From positions 199,702,001 through 199,766,000 of the forward strand of contig NC_091289.1 of the NCBI RefSeq assembly GCF_032444005.1: DNA of 64,000 nucleotides, given 5' to 3'. Source of the stretch: Ranitomeya imitator (Eukaryota). Positions 51,904-63,400 of the stretch are shown here, in pieces. Position 1 is the first letter of the stretch; every line of letters starts with the position of its first letter. Position numbers and translations under genes: made by a program. Below the pieces are notes generated by a model, which searched no databases, had not been told where the DNA came from, and was given only the letters and a program-made list of their open reading frames with translations.

Positions 51904-52404
51904 TCAGTTGGCGGAGGCCCGCAGGATCTTCACCTCGTCCCGCGGCCGGTCCTGGCCGTCCGTCTCCACCATCCCCAGCCTGTTCAGGGTCCCCAGGCCC
52001 TGACACACCCGCCCGAAGATCGTGTGCTTGCCGTCCAGCCACTGCGCCGGGGCCAGGGTGAGGAAGAACTGGCTGCCGTTGGTGTCGGGCCCGGAGTTGG
52101 CCATGGCGAGGATCCCGGCCCCGGTGAACTTCAGCTCCGGGTGCAGCTCGTCGGGGAAGTGCTTCCCGTCATAGATGGAGCCTCCGCCGCGCCCGGTGCC
52201 CGTGGGGTCCCCGCCCTGCACCATGAAGTCCTTGATGATGCGGTGGAACTTGGTGCCGTTGTAGTAGCCGCGGCGGGAGAGCTCGGCGAAGTTCCTGCAG
52301 GTCCGCGGGGCGTGCTCCCAGTATAACTCCACCGTGATCGTGCCCATGCTGCTGTCCAGGCTGACGGTGGCCGGCCGCCAATTATCCGGTGGGATCCCCG
52401 CCAT
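51904..52404 (-). CDS. ppil1: Peptidyl-prolyl isomerase-like 1 (spliceosomal cyclophilin), intronless, 166 aa
   Basis: MAGIPPDNWRPATVSLDSSMGTITVELYWEHAPRTCRNFAELSRRGYYNGTKFHRIIKDFMVQGGDPTGTGRGG...AMANSGPDTNGSQFFLTLAPAQWLDGKHTIFGRV...; N-terminus and motifs are those of PPIL1. ATG at 52404 in Kozak AGG-ATG-G (the ORF-track start at 52521 is TTG). Confidence 0.95.
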   Translation of the reverse strand: MAGIPPDNWRPATVSLDSSMGTITVELYWEHAPRTCRNFAELSRRGYYNGTKFHRIIKDFMVQGGDPTGTGRGGGSIYDGKHFPDELHPELKFTGAGILAMANSGPDTNGSQFFLTLAPAQWLDGKHTIFGRVCQGLGTLNRLGMVETDGQDRPRDEVKILRASAN

Positions 52405-52640
52405 CCTGCACACGTGTGACCGGGGAGCGCCGTCGCGGGAACGCACTTCCGGCCTCCAAGCCTCGTTCTCAGACGCGCAGCCGCAGTCACAGTGACTGTC
52501 CGGCGCAGCTTCCAGTATCAATAAAGTTACTTTTGAATACTCAGTGACGATTGCTCATGGCAACCAATCAGAACGCTTTTTACATTTTCTAATCTCTTTT
52601 GAATAAATTTAAGCTGTAATCTGATTGGTTGCTGTGACAC
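52405..52640 (-). promoter_or_regulatory. ppil1: ppil1 housekeeping-type promoter (CpG-rich; E-box, ETS, paired CCAAT)
   Basis: CACGTG 52411-52416, CCGGAAGT on minus 52445-52452, CCAAT boxes in a 13-bp inverted repeat (52560-52572 / 52620-52632). Confidence 0.6.
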
Positions 52641-52837
52641 TCTCCTTCTTACAACAGATTCTCAGGAAATAAATCAGTGTCCACAATCTGTCACCAATAA
52701 CCGGAATCCCGGATACAGGGAGAGTCCTCGGCGCTGCCAGAGAGGCAAAGCAATGCCAGACCCACCGAGCGAAGGCGAGAATGGCGCTCACCGACCAAAT
52801 AACTCTCCTCGTTTTTATGTGAATCCAAATAAAGGAC

Positions 52838-53728
52838 GTTTGTTGGTCGGTGAGCGCCATTGTCGCCTTCGTCTTATGGATTTGGACGTTTGTTGTTCGG
52901 TGAGCGCCATTGTCGCCTTCGCCTTGTGGATTTGGACATTTGTTGGTTGGTGAGCGCCATTGTTGCCTTCGCCTTGTGGATTTGGACGTTGGTCGGTGAG
53001 CGCCATTGTCGCCTTCGCCTTGTGGATTTGGATGTTTGTTGGTCAGTGAGCGCCATTGTCGCCTTCGCCTTGTGGATTTGGACATTTGTTGGTCGGTGAG
53101 CGCCATTGTTGCCTTCGCCTTGTGGATTTGGACGTTTGTTGGTCGGTGAGTGCCATTGTCGCCTTCGCCTTGTGGATTTGGATGTTTGTTGGTCAGTGAG
53201 CGCCATTGTCGCCTTCGCCTTGTGGATTTGGACATTTGTTGGTCGGTGAGCGCCATTGTCGCCTTCGTCTTCTGGATTTGGACATTTGTTGGTCGGTGAG
53301 CGCCATTGTCGCCTTCGTCTTGTGGATTTGGACGTTTGTTGTTCGGTGAGCGCCATTGTCGCCTTCGCCTTGTGGATTTGGACGTTTGTTGGTCGGTGAG
53401 CGCCATTGTCGCCTTCGCCTTGTGGATTTGAACATTTGTTGGTCGGTGAGCGCCATTGTCGCCTTCGTCTTGTGGATTTGGACGTTTGTTGGTCGGTGAG
53501 CGCCATTGTCGCCTTCATCTTGTGGATTTGGACGTTTGTTGGTCGGTGAGCGCCATTGTCGCCTTCATCTTGTGGATTTGGACGTTTGTTGGTCGGTGAG
53601 CGCCATTGTCGCCTTCATCTTGTGGATTTGGACGTTTGTTGGTCGGTGAGCGCCATTGTCGCCTTCGTCTTGTGGATTTGGACGTTTGTTGGTCGGTGAG
53701 CGCCATTGTCGCCTTGTGGATTTGGACA
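52838..53728. repeat. 50-bp minisatellite (~18 copies)
   Basis: Unit CGCCATTGTCGCCTTCGCCTTGTGGATTTGGACGTTTGTTGGTCGGTGAG. Confidence 0.96.
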
Positions 53729-54099
53729 TTTACTAGAACGTCACATTTTGATTTTGGCCCGGGATCCCGGGTCTGCAGCTCCAGCCCTGGAGCAGTGCAG
53801 CTGTGCCGCACATCTGTGCTAAAGTAATGCCAGAAGTAGCAGCGAAAGCTGCGCTGTGATTGGTTCCCCTGCCTACAAGAGGGATTCCAGGATCTGAGGG
53901 GTCAACGCAAAGCGGGAGACCGGGAAAAATTACGTTAAAAAGTGTCGTCAGGCCCCAAAAAGAAAAAAACAACGACATTGGTGAGCAATGAGGCGCTAGT
54001 GGTCCAGAGTTAGAATGCATTGCAATTAGGGGACTCAGGTCTGTATCACATTAGAGGGTCCGGTCTAAGGTCTATATAAAGTGTAAAGGGTCCGGGATG

Positions 54100-55760
54100 G
54101 GGTTTGTATCAGTCTAGGGAGTCTGGTCTGGGGTCTGTATCAGTTTTGGGGGTCCGGTCTGGGGTCTGTATCAGTTTAGGGAGTCTGGTCTGGGGTCTGT
54201 ATCAGTCTAGGGAGTCTGGTCTGGGGTCTGTATCAGTCTAGGGAGTCTGGTCTGGGGTCTGTATCAGTCTAGGGAGTCTGGTCTGGGGTCTGTATCAGTC
54301 TAGGGAGTCTGGTCTGGGGTCTGTATCAGTCTAGGGAGTCTGGTCTGGGGTTTGTATCAGTCTAGGGAGTCTGGTCTGGGGTCTGTATCAGTCTAGGGAG
54401 TCTGGTCTGGGGTCTGTATCAGTCTAGGGAGTCTGGTCTGGGGTCTGTATCAGTCTAGGGAGTCTGGTCTGGGGTCTGTATCAGTCTAGGGAGTCTGGTC
54501 TGGGGTCTGTATCAGTTTAGGGAGTCTGGTCTGGGGTCTGTATCAGTCTAGGGAGTCTGGTCTGGGGTCTGTATCAGTTTAGGGAGTCTGGTCTGGGGTT
54601 TGTATCAGTCTAGGGAGTCTGGTCTGGGGTCTGTATCAGTTTTGGGGGTCCCGTCTGGGGTCTGTATCAGTCTAGGGAGTCTGATCTGGGGTCAGTATCA
54701 GTCTAGGGAGTCTGGTCTGGGGTCGGTCCACTCTGGGGTCTGTATCAGTTTAGGGTGTCCAGTCTGGGGTCTGTATCAGTCTAGGGAGTCTGGTCTGGGG
54801 TTTGTATCTGTCTAGGGAGTCTGGTCTGGGGTTTGTATCTGTCTAGGGAGTCTGGTCTGGGGTCGGTCCACTCTGGGGTCTGTATCAGTTTAGGGGGTCC
54901 GGTCTGGGGTCTGTATCAGTCTAGGGAGTCTGGTCTGGGGTTTGTATCTGTCTAGGGAGTCTGGTCTGGGGTTTGTATCTGTCTAGGGAGTCTGGTCTGG
55001 GGTCGGTCCACTCTGGGGTTTGTATCAGTTTAGGGGGTCCGGTCTGGGGTCTGTATCAGTCTAGGGAGTCTGGTCTGGGGTTTGTATCTGTCTAGGGAGT
55101 CTGTTCTGGGGTCAGTATCAGTCTAGGGAGTCTGTTCTGGGGTCAGTATCAGTCTAGGGAGTCTGGTCTGGGGTCTGTATCAGTTTTGGGGGTCCCGTCT
55201 GGGGTCAGTATCTGTCTAGGGAGTCTGGTCTGGGGTCTGTATCAGTCTAGGGAGTCTGATCTGGGGTCTGTATCAGTCTAGGGAGTCTGGTCTGGGGTCT
55301 GTATCAGTCTAGGGAGTCTGGTCTGGGGTCTGTATCAGTTTTGGGGGTCCCGTCTGGGGTCTGTATCAGTCTAGGGAGTCTGATCTGGGGTCTGTATCAG
55401 TCTAGGGAGTCTGATCTGGGGTCTGTATCAGTCTAGGGAGTCTGGTCTGGGGTCTGTATCAGTCTAGGGAGTCTGGTCTGGGGTTTGTATCAGTCTAGGG
55501 AGTCTGGTCTGGGGTCTGCATCAGTTTTGGGGATCCGCTCTGGAATCTGTATCAGTCTAGGGAGTCTGGTCTGGGGTCTGTATCAGTCTAGGGAGTCTGG
55601 TCTGGGGTCTGTATCAGTCTAGGGAGTCTGGTCTGGGGTTTGTATCAGTCTAGGGAGTCTGGTCTGGGGTCTGCATCAGTTTTGGGGATCCGCTCTGGAA
55701 TCTGTATCAGTCTAGGGAGTCTGGTCTGGGGTCGGTCCGCTCTGGGGTCTGTATAAGTTC
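54100..55760. repeat. 31-bp minisatellite (~53 copies)
   Basis: Unit GGGAGTCTGGTCTGGGGTCTGTATCAGTCTA. Confidence 0.96.
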
Positions 55761-56456
55761 AGGGGGTCATGGTATACACACTTGATTTTTCATACACTTT
55801 GATACATATATATCTGATCTGATCATATGGACTTTGGTCGCCCTTTCATTATTCAGACTCATTTGTACATTGATCCAGTTTATGCTTCTTCTCCGCTCTA
55901 TTTTGGGCTTTTTTTTAATGTCTTGTATGTTTTTTTTATTTATTGCAGATTATCAATTTATTTACCAATAACTGTATACCTGTATATGCCTCCGTGGTGT
56001 GTGAAGCAGTATATGTAGAATGTTTTGGGCTGACCTATATCCTTTATGGGCCGTCTGTTCTATGTTGATACCTATATTTGGGGCATTACTCTTCTTTTTC
56101 AGGGATTTATTATCAGTGATTTTTTTCATTATCATTATTATAGATTTTCAAAATAGGTAAATATAAATGATCCCAGATTTCTCATTTTGCTCGTATTGTT
56201 TATATTATATTGTTGGGAATTTTTTGATGGGAAATGTGACATAAGGAAAGTGGAGCCACTGGCTGAAAAAAGTTCTGCAACTTCTGTGCTAATTTGGGGA
56301 TTTCCTTATAGGCCACCAAACACGACGTGAACGCTGCTCAGAGGCTGAAGCTTCTCCTTCCCATAGAATATCTGTAATAGCGCCCCCTCCTGTCACGCAC
56401 CAGTTATTACACCGTTGACTTTTTTCACTTTTTCTTCTCTTCTTCTATTTCCGAAG

Positions 56457-56628
56457 GTTTGCGATTTATAAGTTACCAATGCGACTGATCAACGAGTCGT
56501 ATGGACCAGGCCTGGACTATTTGTATCTCGACTCAAAGTCGAAGGGATGGCAAGTCAGCAAATTCCTCATCAACATGACCCAGGGGGCGATGGGGCGTGT
56601 GCTGGAGCAGCTCTACCAGTCATACAAG
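56457..56628 (+). CDS. dnase2b: DNase II beta exon 2
   Basis: Long pyrimidine tract, CCGAAG|G completes Trp; FAIYKLPMRLINESYGPGLDYLYLDSKSKGWQVSKFLINMTQGAMGRVLEQLYQSYK|gtgagc. Confidence 0.95.
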
Positions 56629-56861
56629 GTGAGCGTGATCTTTATCGGGTGCCTAAATATTCTGCCAAACTGTTCAGGAGCGGGCGTCACATGCGTTCCT
56701 GCTTCTCCAAGAATTCTGTATAATCCGCTGCATAAACCGCGATGTGCACCATGGGGCGGATACGAGGTTTGTGTCTATAAATGGAATTCTGTACAATAAA
56801 CCCGGAGACACAAAGGTCTATTGGCCCCAGCAGTCGGTAGGCAGCGTTATTTGGGAACCCT

Positions 56862-57169
56862 TTAGGGTATGTGCCCACGCTGCGAATTTTCCTGCGAAAA
56901 AATCCGCAGTGCAAAACCACTGCGGTTTCTTCTGCAGATTCTTCTGCGGTTTTTCACCAGCACTTTCCTATTGGTGCTGGTTGCAAACCGCTGCGGAATC
57001 CGCACAAACAATTGACATGCTGCGGAAAATTTTCCACGCGGCATTTTCCGCAGCATCTGCACAGCGTTTTTTTTTTCCCCTTAGGTTTACATGGTACTGG
57101 AAACTTTGGGAAAACTGCTGCGGATCCGCAGCGGTCAAATCCGCTGCGGTCGTGTGCACACAGCCTTAA
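56862..57169. mobile_element. Palindromic T2/Kolobok-like MITE in dnase2b intron 2
   Basis: Ends AGGGTATGTGCCCACG / CGTGTGCACACAGCCT (13 of 16 inverted match), TTAA-like flanks, internal CTGCGG/CCGCAG inverted motifs. Confidence 0.65.
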
Positions 57170-57300
57170 AATTCAGCTAAGAAGGTGCAAATATGAAGGA
57201 AATGTCTCTGTGAAAAGTCAATGTGATGTGCGCGGGATAGTTCCTGAGATTTGCAGGTTTTCTTGCATCTGACAATATTTTCTTATTTTCCTTCGTTTAG

Positions 57301-57382
57301 AGAAACGACACGGCATACATGTTATATAATGATTCTCCGCCGGGAATGAACAGCTCCTTTACAGACAGAGGGCACACCAAGG
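57301..57382 (+). CDS. dnase2b: DNase II beta exon 3 (first catalytic HxK motif)
   Basis: TTCGTTTAG|RNDTAYMLYNDSPPGMNSSFTDRGHTK-G|gtaagt; 82 nt, phase 0/1. Confidence 0.95.
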
Positions 57383-58317
57383 GTAAGTCACAGACAGAGG
57401 ACACACCAAGGGTAAGTCACAGACAGAGGGCACACCATGGATAAGTCACAGACAGAGGACACACCAAGGGTAAGTCACAGACAGAGGACACACCAAGGGT
57501 AAGTCACAGACAGAGGGCACACCATGGATAAGTCACAGACAGAGGACACACCAAGGGTAAGTCACAGACAGAGGGCACACCAAGGGTAAGTCACAGACAG
57601 AGGACACACCAAGGGTAAGTCACAGACAGAGGGCACACCAAGGGTAAGTCACAGACAGAGGACACACCAAGGGTAAGTCACAGACAGAGGACACACCAAG
57701 GGTAAGTCACAGACAGAGGACACACCAAGGGTGAGTCACAGACAAAGGGCACACCAAGGGTAAGTCACAGACAGAGGGCACACCAAGGATAAGTCACAGA
57801 CAGAGGGCACACCAAGGATAAGTCACAGACAGAGGGCACACCAAGGGTAAGTCACAGACAGAGGGCACACCAAGGGTAAGTCACAGACAGAGGGCACACC
57901 AAGGGTAAGTCACAGACAGAGGACACACCAAGGGTAAGTCACAGACAGAGGGCACACCAAGGGTAAGTCACAGACAGAGGGCACATCAAGGGTAAGTCAC
58001 AGACAGAGGGCACACCAAGGATAAGTCACAGACAGAGGGCACATCAAGGGTAAGTCACAGACAGAGGGCACACCAAGGATAAGTCACAGAGAGAGGGCAC
58101 ACCAAGGGTAAGTCACAGACAGAGGGCACACCAAGGATAAGTCACAGACAGAGGGCACACCAGGGGTAAGTCACAGACAGAGGGCACACCAAGGATAAGT
58201 CACAGACAGAGGACACACCAAGGGTAAGTCACAGACAGAGGGCACACCAAGGGTAAGTCACAGAGAGAGGGCACACCAAGGGTAAGTCACAGAGAGAGGG
58301 CACACCAAGGATAAGTC
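57361..58317 (+). repeat. 29-bp tandem array (33 copies) of the exon 3 end plus splice donor
   Basis: Unit ACAGACAGAGGGCACACCAAGG|GTAAGTC; 957 bp = 33 x 29; 24 copies keep GT, 9 have GA. Confidence 0.98.
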
Positions 58318-58499
58318 ACCGGAATAGATAATGACGATGCTATCGAAAGATACAAGCGGTGGAGACATCATCCCGGGTGAGACGCGAGTGGAGACGCCTC
58401 GGGCCAAACTCCAGGCCGTGGACTTCACCACATGTTTCCATTTCCCTCTCGACTTCTTCCAAGAGACAACACTTTTTATGTTTCTGTTAATATAACCGT

Positions 58500-59393
58500 A
58501 AGAAGCTTGTTTTTTTGTAGGACAAGTTGTACTTTTGAATGACCCCGTTCATTTTATCATGTCATGTACTCGAAAGCAGGGAAAAAAAGCCAAATAGTCT
58601 GTGAAGTAGTGAAAACAAATTGTGAAGTCTGTAAGAAAGTTTTGCTTTTGTCTCCATTTTTTCAGACCTGTAACGTTTCATTTTTCGGCATCTGGGGCCG
58701 GGTGAGGGATAATTTTTGCGTCCCGAGCTGACATTTTTATTGATACCATTTGGGGGCAGATACAATGTTTTTATCGCCTCTTATTGCAACCAAAAAAAAG
58801 TAATTCTGGCATTTTGTTTTGTTTTTTTGTTCTGCCATTCACCAATCAGATAAATTTACTTTATATTTTGATGGATCGGACTTTTATGAACGCAGCGATA
58901 CCAAATATGTGTCATTTATTATTATTTTATTTGGAATGTGGCCAAAGAGGGGCGATTTGAACTGTTGTGTTTTGTTTTTTTTAATCCTTTTCATATTTCT
59001 AAAAACTTTTTTTCTTCTCGTTTTTTACATTATTTAATAGTCCCCTTAGGGGATTTGCAGCTGCGATCGTCCAATCGCTTGTGCTGTACATAGCAGAGCT
59101 GTAGAGAAAATCACAGGAGGATGGTAATGACAGGCATAGGGGTCATCAGCGGACCCCCGCCAATGGGACCGTGGAACATTGCGCCCCCTTCAGGCGTCTG
59201 CCGAATCCTGCTGTTAGAGATGGTCAGTGAGATTTAACAGGTTGACAGTCGCGGCTGGGGCTCCGATCCACTCGCTGCTGTTAGAGGCAGATTTTAGAGG
59301 CCATTATGTGTGGGAGAAGATGCGGCTCAGCGTGCGAGTCAGGGACACAACTTTGGACGTACAAGAACGTCAAAGGTTGTGAAGGGGTTAAAT
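58500..59393. mobile_element. Probable non-autonomous Kolobok/T2-type DNA transposon fragment
   Basis: Ends in GTGAAGGGGTTAA (TIR-like plus TTAA); T-rich interior resembles 47050-47330. Left boundary uncertain. Confidence 0.4.
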
Positions 59394-59635
59394 ACAATCC
59401 AGAATCTTCAGAAATTTCCAAAAGCATCAGAACAATGATGGAAAATCTGTAGAAGTGTCAGGAGAGACTGGAGGTGATAGCGGAGGATGTATCAGGAGCC
59501 CTAAGAGACGCTTTTCCTTGCACCTTGATATTCATGGACATCCATCAATTTGGCTTGACTTAAAGGGGTGTCGCTATTTCAAAGATCCTATCCCAATATG
59601 TAGTAGGTGTAATAATAGTAGCAAATACCTCCAAT

Positions 59636-59840
59636 TAGAAATGTAGCATAGTTCTTCTGATTCACTATGTCTCTTTACCCATGTGCAGGCATTGCAGGAC
59701 CTTAGGTATCCATGGTTACGACCACTAGCAACTAGCTAACTGTCATTATCAGTGGTCATAACCATGGATACCTAAGGTCCTGCAATGCCTGCACATGAGG
59801 AAAGAGATATAGCGAATATAAAAACTATATTACATTTCTA
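59636..59840. mobile_element. Fold-back MITE core (~90-bp arms, 24-nt loop)
   Basis: 59636-59726 is the reverse complement of 59751-59840; inner ~45 bp almost perfect. Confidence 0.75.
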
Positions 59841-59845
59841 ATATC

Positions 59846-60400
59846 AAGGGGTTGTACAGGAGTAGGAAAATATGGCGGCTTTCTTCAACCTACAACGTCA
59901 GCAGCTCATGCGGCCACTTGACCAGTCCATGCGTCTACTTGACCAGTCCATGCGTCTACTTGACCAGTCCATGCGTCTACTTGACCCGTCCATGCGTCTA
60001 TTTGACTAGTTCATGCGTCTACTTGACCAGTCCATGCGTCTACTTGACCAGTTCATGCGTCTACTTGACTGGTCCATGCGGCCACTTGACTGGTCCATGC
60101 GTCTACTTGACCAGTCCATGCGTCTACTTGACCAGTCCATGCGTCTACTTGACCAGTCCATGCGTCTACTTGACCAGTCCATGCGTCTACTTGACCAGTT
60201 CATGCGTCTACTTGACCAGTCCATGCGTCTACTTGACTGGTCCATGCGGCCACTTGACAGGTCCATGCGTCTACTTGACCAGTTCATGCGTCTATTTGAC
60301 CAGTTCATGCGTCTATTTGACCAGTTCATGCGTCTACTTGACCAGTCCATGTGGCCGCCTCTTGGTAACACAATAAAGTGGGATGGAACAACCCTTTTAA
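59846..60400. mobile_element. MITE-like element carrying a 21-bp tandem repeat (59909-60352)
   Basis: AAGGGGTTGT ... ACAACCCTTTTAA ends; internal unit TGACCAGTCCATGCGTCTACT (~21 copies). Confidence 0.6.
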
Positions 60401-63400
60401 TTCCTGTCGTGCAGTGAGCGACAATAAACAAGGAGTCTGCGATGAATTTCTAGTACGGCAGCTGAAGGCGACATTTGTGAAGCAGCCGAGCGTCGCCCAC
60501 TTTGTGGAGCGCGGCCTTATGATGGCGCTGATGGCGGAGCCGGCCATCTTTGTCCTCCCTGTCCCTCGGTCCCGTCCCTCGGTTGACCTTGTGTCTTTTT
60601 TCGGCTATTATTCGCCTATATATCTATGACGTGCCTTGTGAGGGTCTCGTTTCTTACCCGGCGCTCATTCACTGTACAACTTCAATCTAAATCCATTTGA
60701 TAAAATCATCCGAAATCCTCAATAAAACCTTTGTTGTAAATAATTATAATTTGATACCTGTCTCTGCATTTTGGCGCTTTCCTCTTGTCCTGATGTTTGT
60801 GCTGCACTCAGCATATTGGATCCAGATCTTCCGCACTCAGACATGTTCGCCCTGCAGCTTCTCCACCTGCTGCTTCGCTGGTTATATCAGGTATCTGAGC
60901 CGGTATCCACCCACTGCTCCTCCTGGCATCGCTCCTGGCGTATCTCCATCACTCAGTACCCGCCTAGTAAGAGTCGATAACGCCTCCTGCCCTGGTTCCG
61001 GGTGCGTGACCCATGCATGGTTCTTCCATCCCATGGTTCTTCCATCCTATAGATTCCCCGGCCCCCCATGCGTTTCATCGTTCTTGCGCTTTGGGGGTGT
61101 GGAGCCCAATGTTCGTGTCATCAGCGGAAGAGGAACGAGACGCTGCCGCAGGAATCACGTGGCCAAAGAGCGAAGCTCTGCAAATCGCCAGCCTCAGTGA
61201 CACAAGCCCAGCGCTAAACTGCAGAAGAGGGGTGTAGGGAAAGATCTGGGGGACATCTTTACCGAAGAGCCGTCACCGAGTCATGGTGGGCAGTTTGTGC
61301 TCTCATTTTATTCCCGCGGATCCCCTTAGTGAGCAGTTGTTGTTTTCTCTAATTTCCAAGGGGGTGGGGCGCACAGGGTCATTTTCAGACTTGGCTTTAG
61401 ACACGCCCCCAGAAAATCTTGTGAGCCACACCCTTTTGGTAAAGACCATAAAAACTAACACCAAAGAAAAGGGTCCATTTCTCTGGAACCGTATGACAGG
61501 TTTCATAAAAAAAAAAAATGCAAATGCAGGAAAGAAGCAGGAATAAAATAAAAGCAACAACTGGCAGCAGAGGTCACCGTTATATGCCGACAGTCTGCGG
61601 TCACCACTAGAGGGAGCACAGGAGCGTCCTGCTCAGTACTGAGCTCTGTGTATGGCCGCCATGCAGCACTGCCCCCGAGCGCCTCCTAGTGTTCATTAAA
61701 GGCATTTATGTAGCAAGTAAGAAGCGGACTAACAGGATCCGCTCTGTGGCAGGATCACTGCTCCCAAATCTTGTAAGGATTCCTCTTAGATACCTCTTAG
61801 TTTCCATGTTCAGGAAACGCTGCGTTTTTGACGCAGCGTTGAGCCGCAGTGTCAAACACGCAGCGTCCAGATGTTACAGCGTAGTGGAGGGGATTTCATG
61901 AAATCCTGTCTCCACTATGCATTAAAAGACGCATGCGGCAGACCGGCGTACACGCAGCGTCCTGCCTTGTCTGACACCATTCCACAGTGATGGCGTCACA
62001 TAATGCCACAGTGATGGCGTCACATAATGCCACCTGAACACGGAGCGCCCAGATTCTCCACCTGGAGATCATGAATAGTCATCTCGTCTCTGCTCCAATT
62101 ATTCTGCTTTCTGACCCAGTGGAAAGTTTTCAAAAGTAAGAAAGAATTGTATCAGGAAAAATAATTTCCGCCTGCTATAAATAATACCGCTAATCAGTGC
62201 AGGACCGGGGGTAGATTTAGGGGAAATGCGCATTTGTTGAACGCTGGACAATTATTTATATTGTTACTTAAATGGGTCGTCATGTGTAACATACTGTTAG
62301 TTCTCAGACTCCTGTAATAACAAGTCGAGCTTTCCAATCACTGAGCTCGGCCAATGTAGACGGCATGAGCCGCTGCGCTCAGTGATTGGCTGCAGTGGTG
62401 GAGACACAGCAGGATCTCAGGATGAGAAATGGGTTAACAATATTCTAAACTGGACAACCCCTTTAGATGCAGATATTTTTCTTGGGATTGGTTCGGCTTT
62501 TGGAGCGTTTGCTTTTACGGGTTCTTCATTTCCTGGACGTCGTTAGCTGCGGAGGGAACGGACAATTTGTCGTTATTCTTTTATCTTTCTTTTTCTAAAC
62601 TGGTTTGTGACCCCATGGCAGTTCTGCAATTCATACAAATAATTACACTGACGTGTATCCACTAAACACTATACGCCTACAAATATGATACACACCCAAT
62701 ATATGTATAAAGGTACATCATTTATTATTGACAAGATAATTAGAACATTAGTAAACACAGAAGGGAGAAGCCTCCACCATCCAGGGGCATGAATGACAAA
62801 CACACGAAATAACCAGGTCAGACCAGTAAGTACAGAGATATCAATAAATAATAGTACATGCTATTTATCATACTGTCCACCTCTGGTTATTAATCACTTC
62901 ATATATAGGTTCAGCAGAGCTATGAGTAAGATGACTTTGCGTATAGATATATTGCTGCGCATAGATATAAATTGATACATAGTTACTACATATATAGGAT
63001 ATAATGGAAATCTACTCTAACCACAGAATTCTATAGTAAAAGATAACAGGTATATTTAAATGAAATTCCATTCTGGAAAAGAAAGTGAACGCAGTGCATT
63101 ATGAATAAAATAGAATAAATAGGGGAGAGATCAATAGCAATAATACATTCTAGAGCGTGACGATATTAAATACCCATCTATTAAGACACAATGGAGCCAG
63201 TGCTTGTCAGATCATCATTGCGCAAGCAGAGAGACGTCATGATGGTAGATTGCCAAAGGCGTCCATACCCCAGTAGTGGACCCCCCACGGCCCGACGCGC
63301 GTTTCGCCTTAGCTTTGACAAGGGATGGGCTATTTAATATTGTCACTCTCTAGAATTTATTATAGCCATTGATCCACTCTCCTGAATAGATGACTACTCC

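Noticed and set aside
52405-52521. 39-aa N-terminal extension of PPIL1 in the ORF track
   Set aside because: Starts at TTG; homology begins at the ATG at 52404, which has a good Kozak context.
1676-55760. Other repetitive ORFs (YPWNQFK..., GTRAGYK..., VVTCALP..., GNWDGG..., DPSTILVPG..., MALTDQQ... and similar)
   Set aside because: Each mirrors a minisatellite period and is open in several frames at once; none resembles a known repeat protein.
18800-58317. CRISPR-like appearance of the regular 29-57-bp arrays
   Set aside because: No unique spacers and no cas genes; the context is eukaryotic and spliced.
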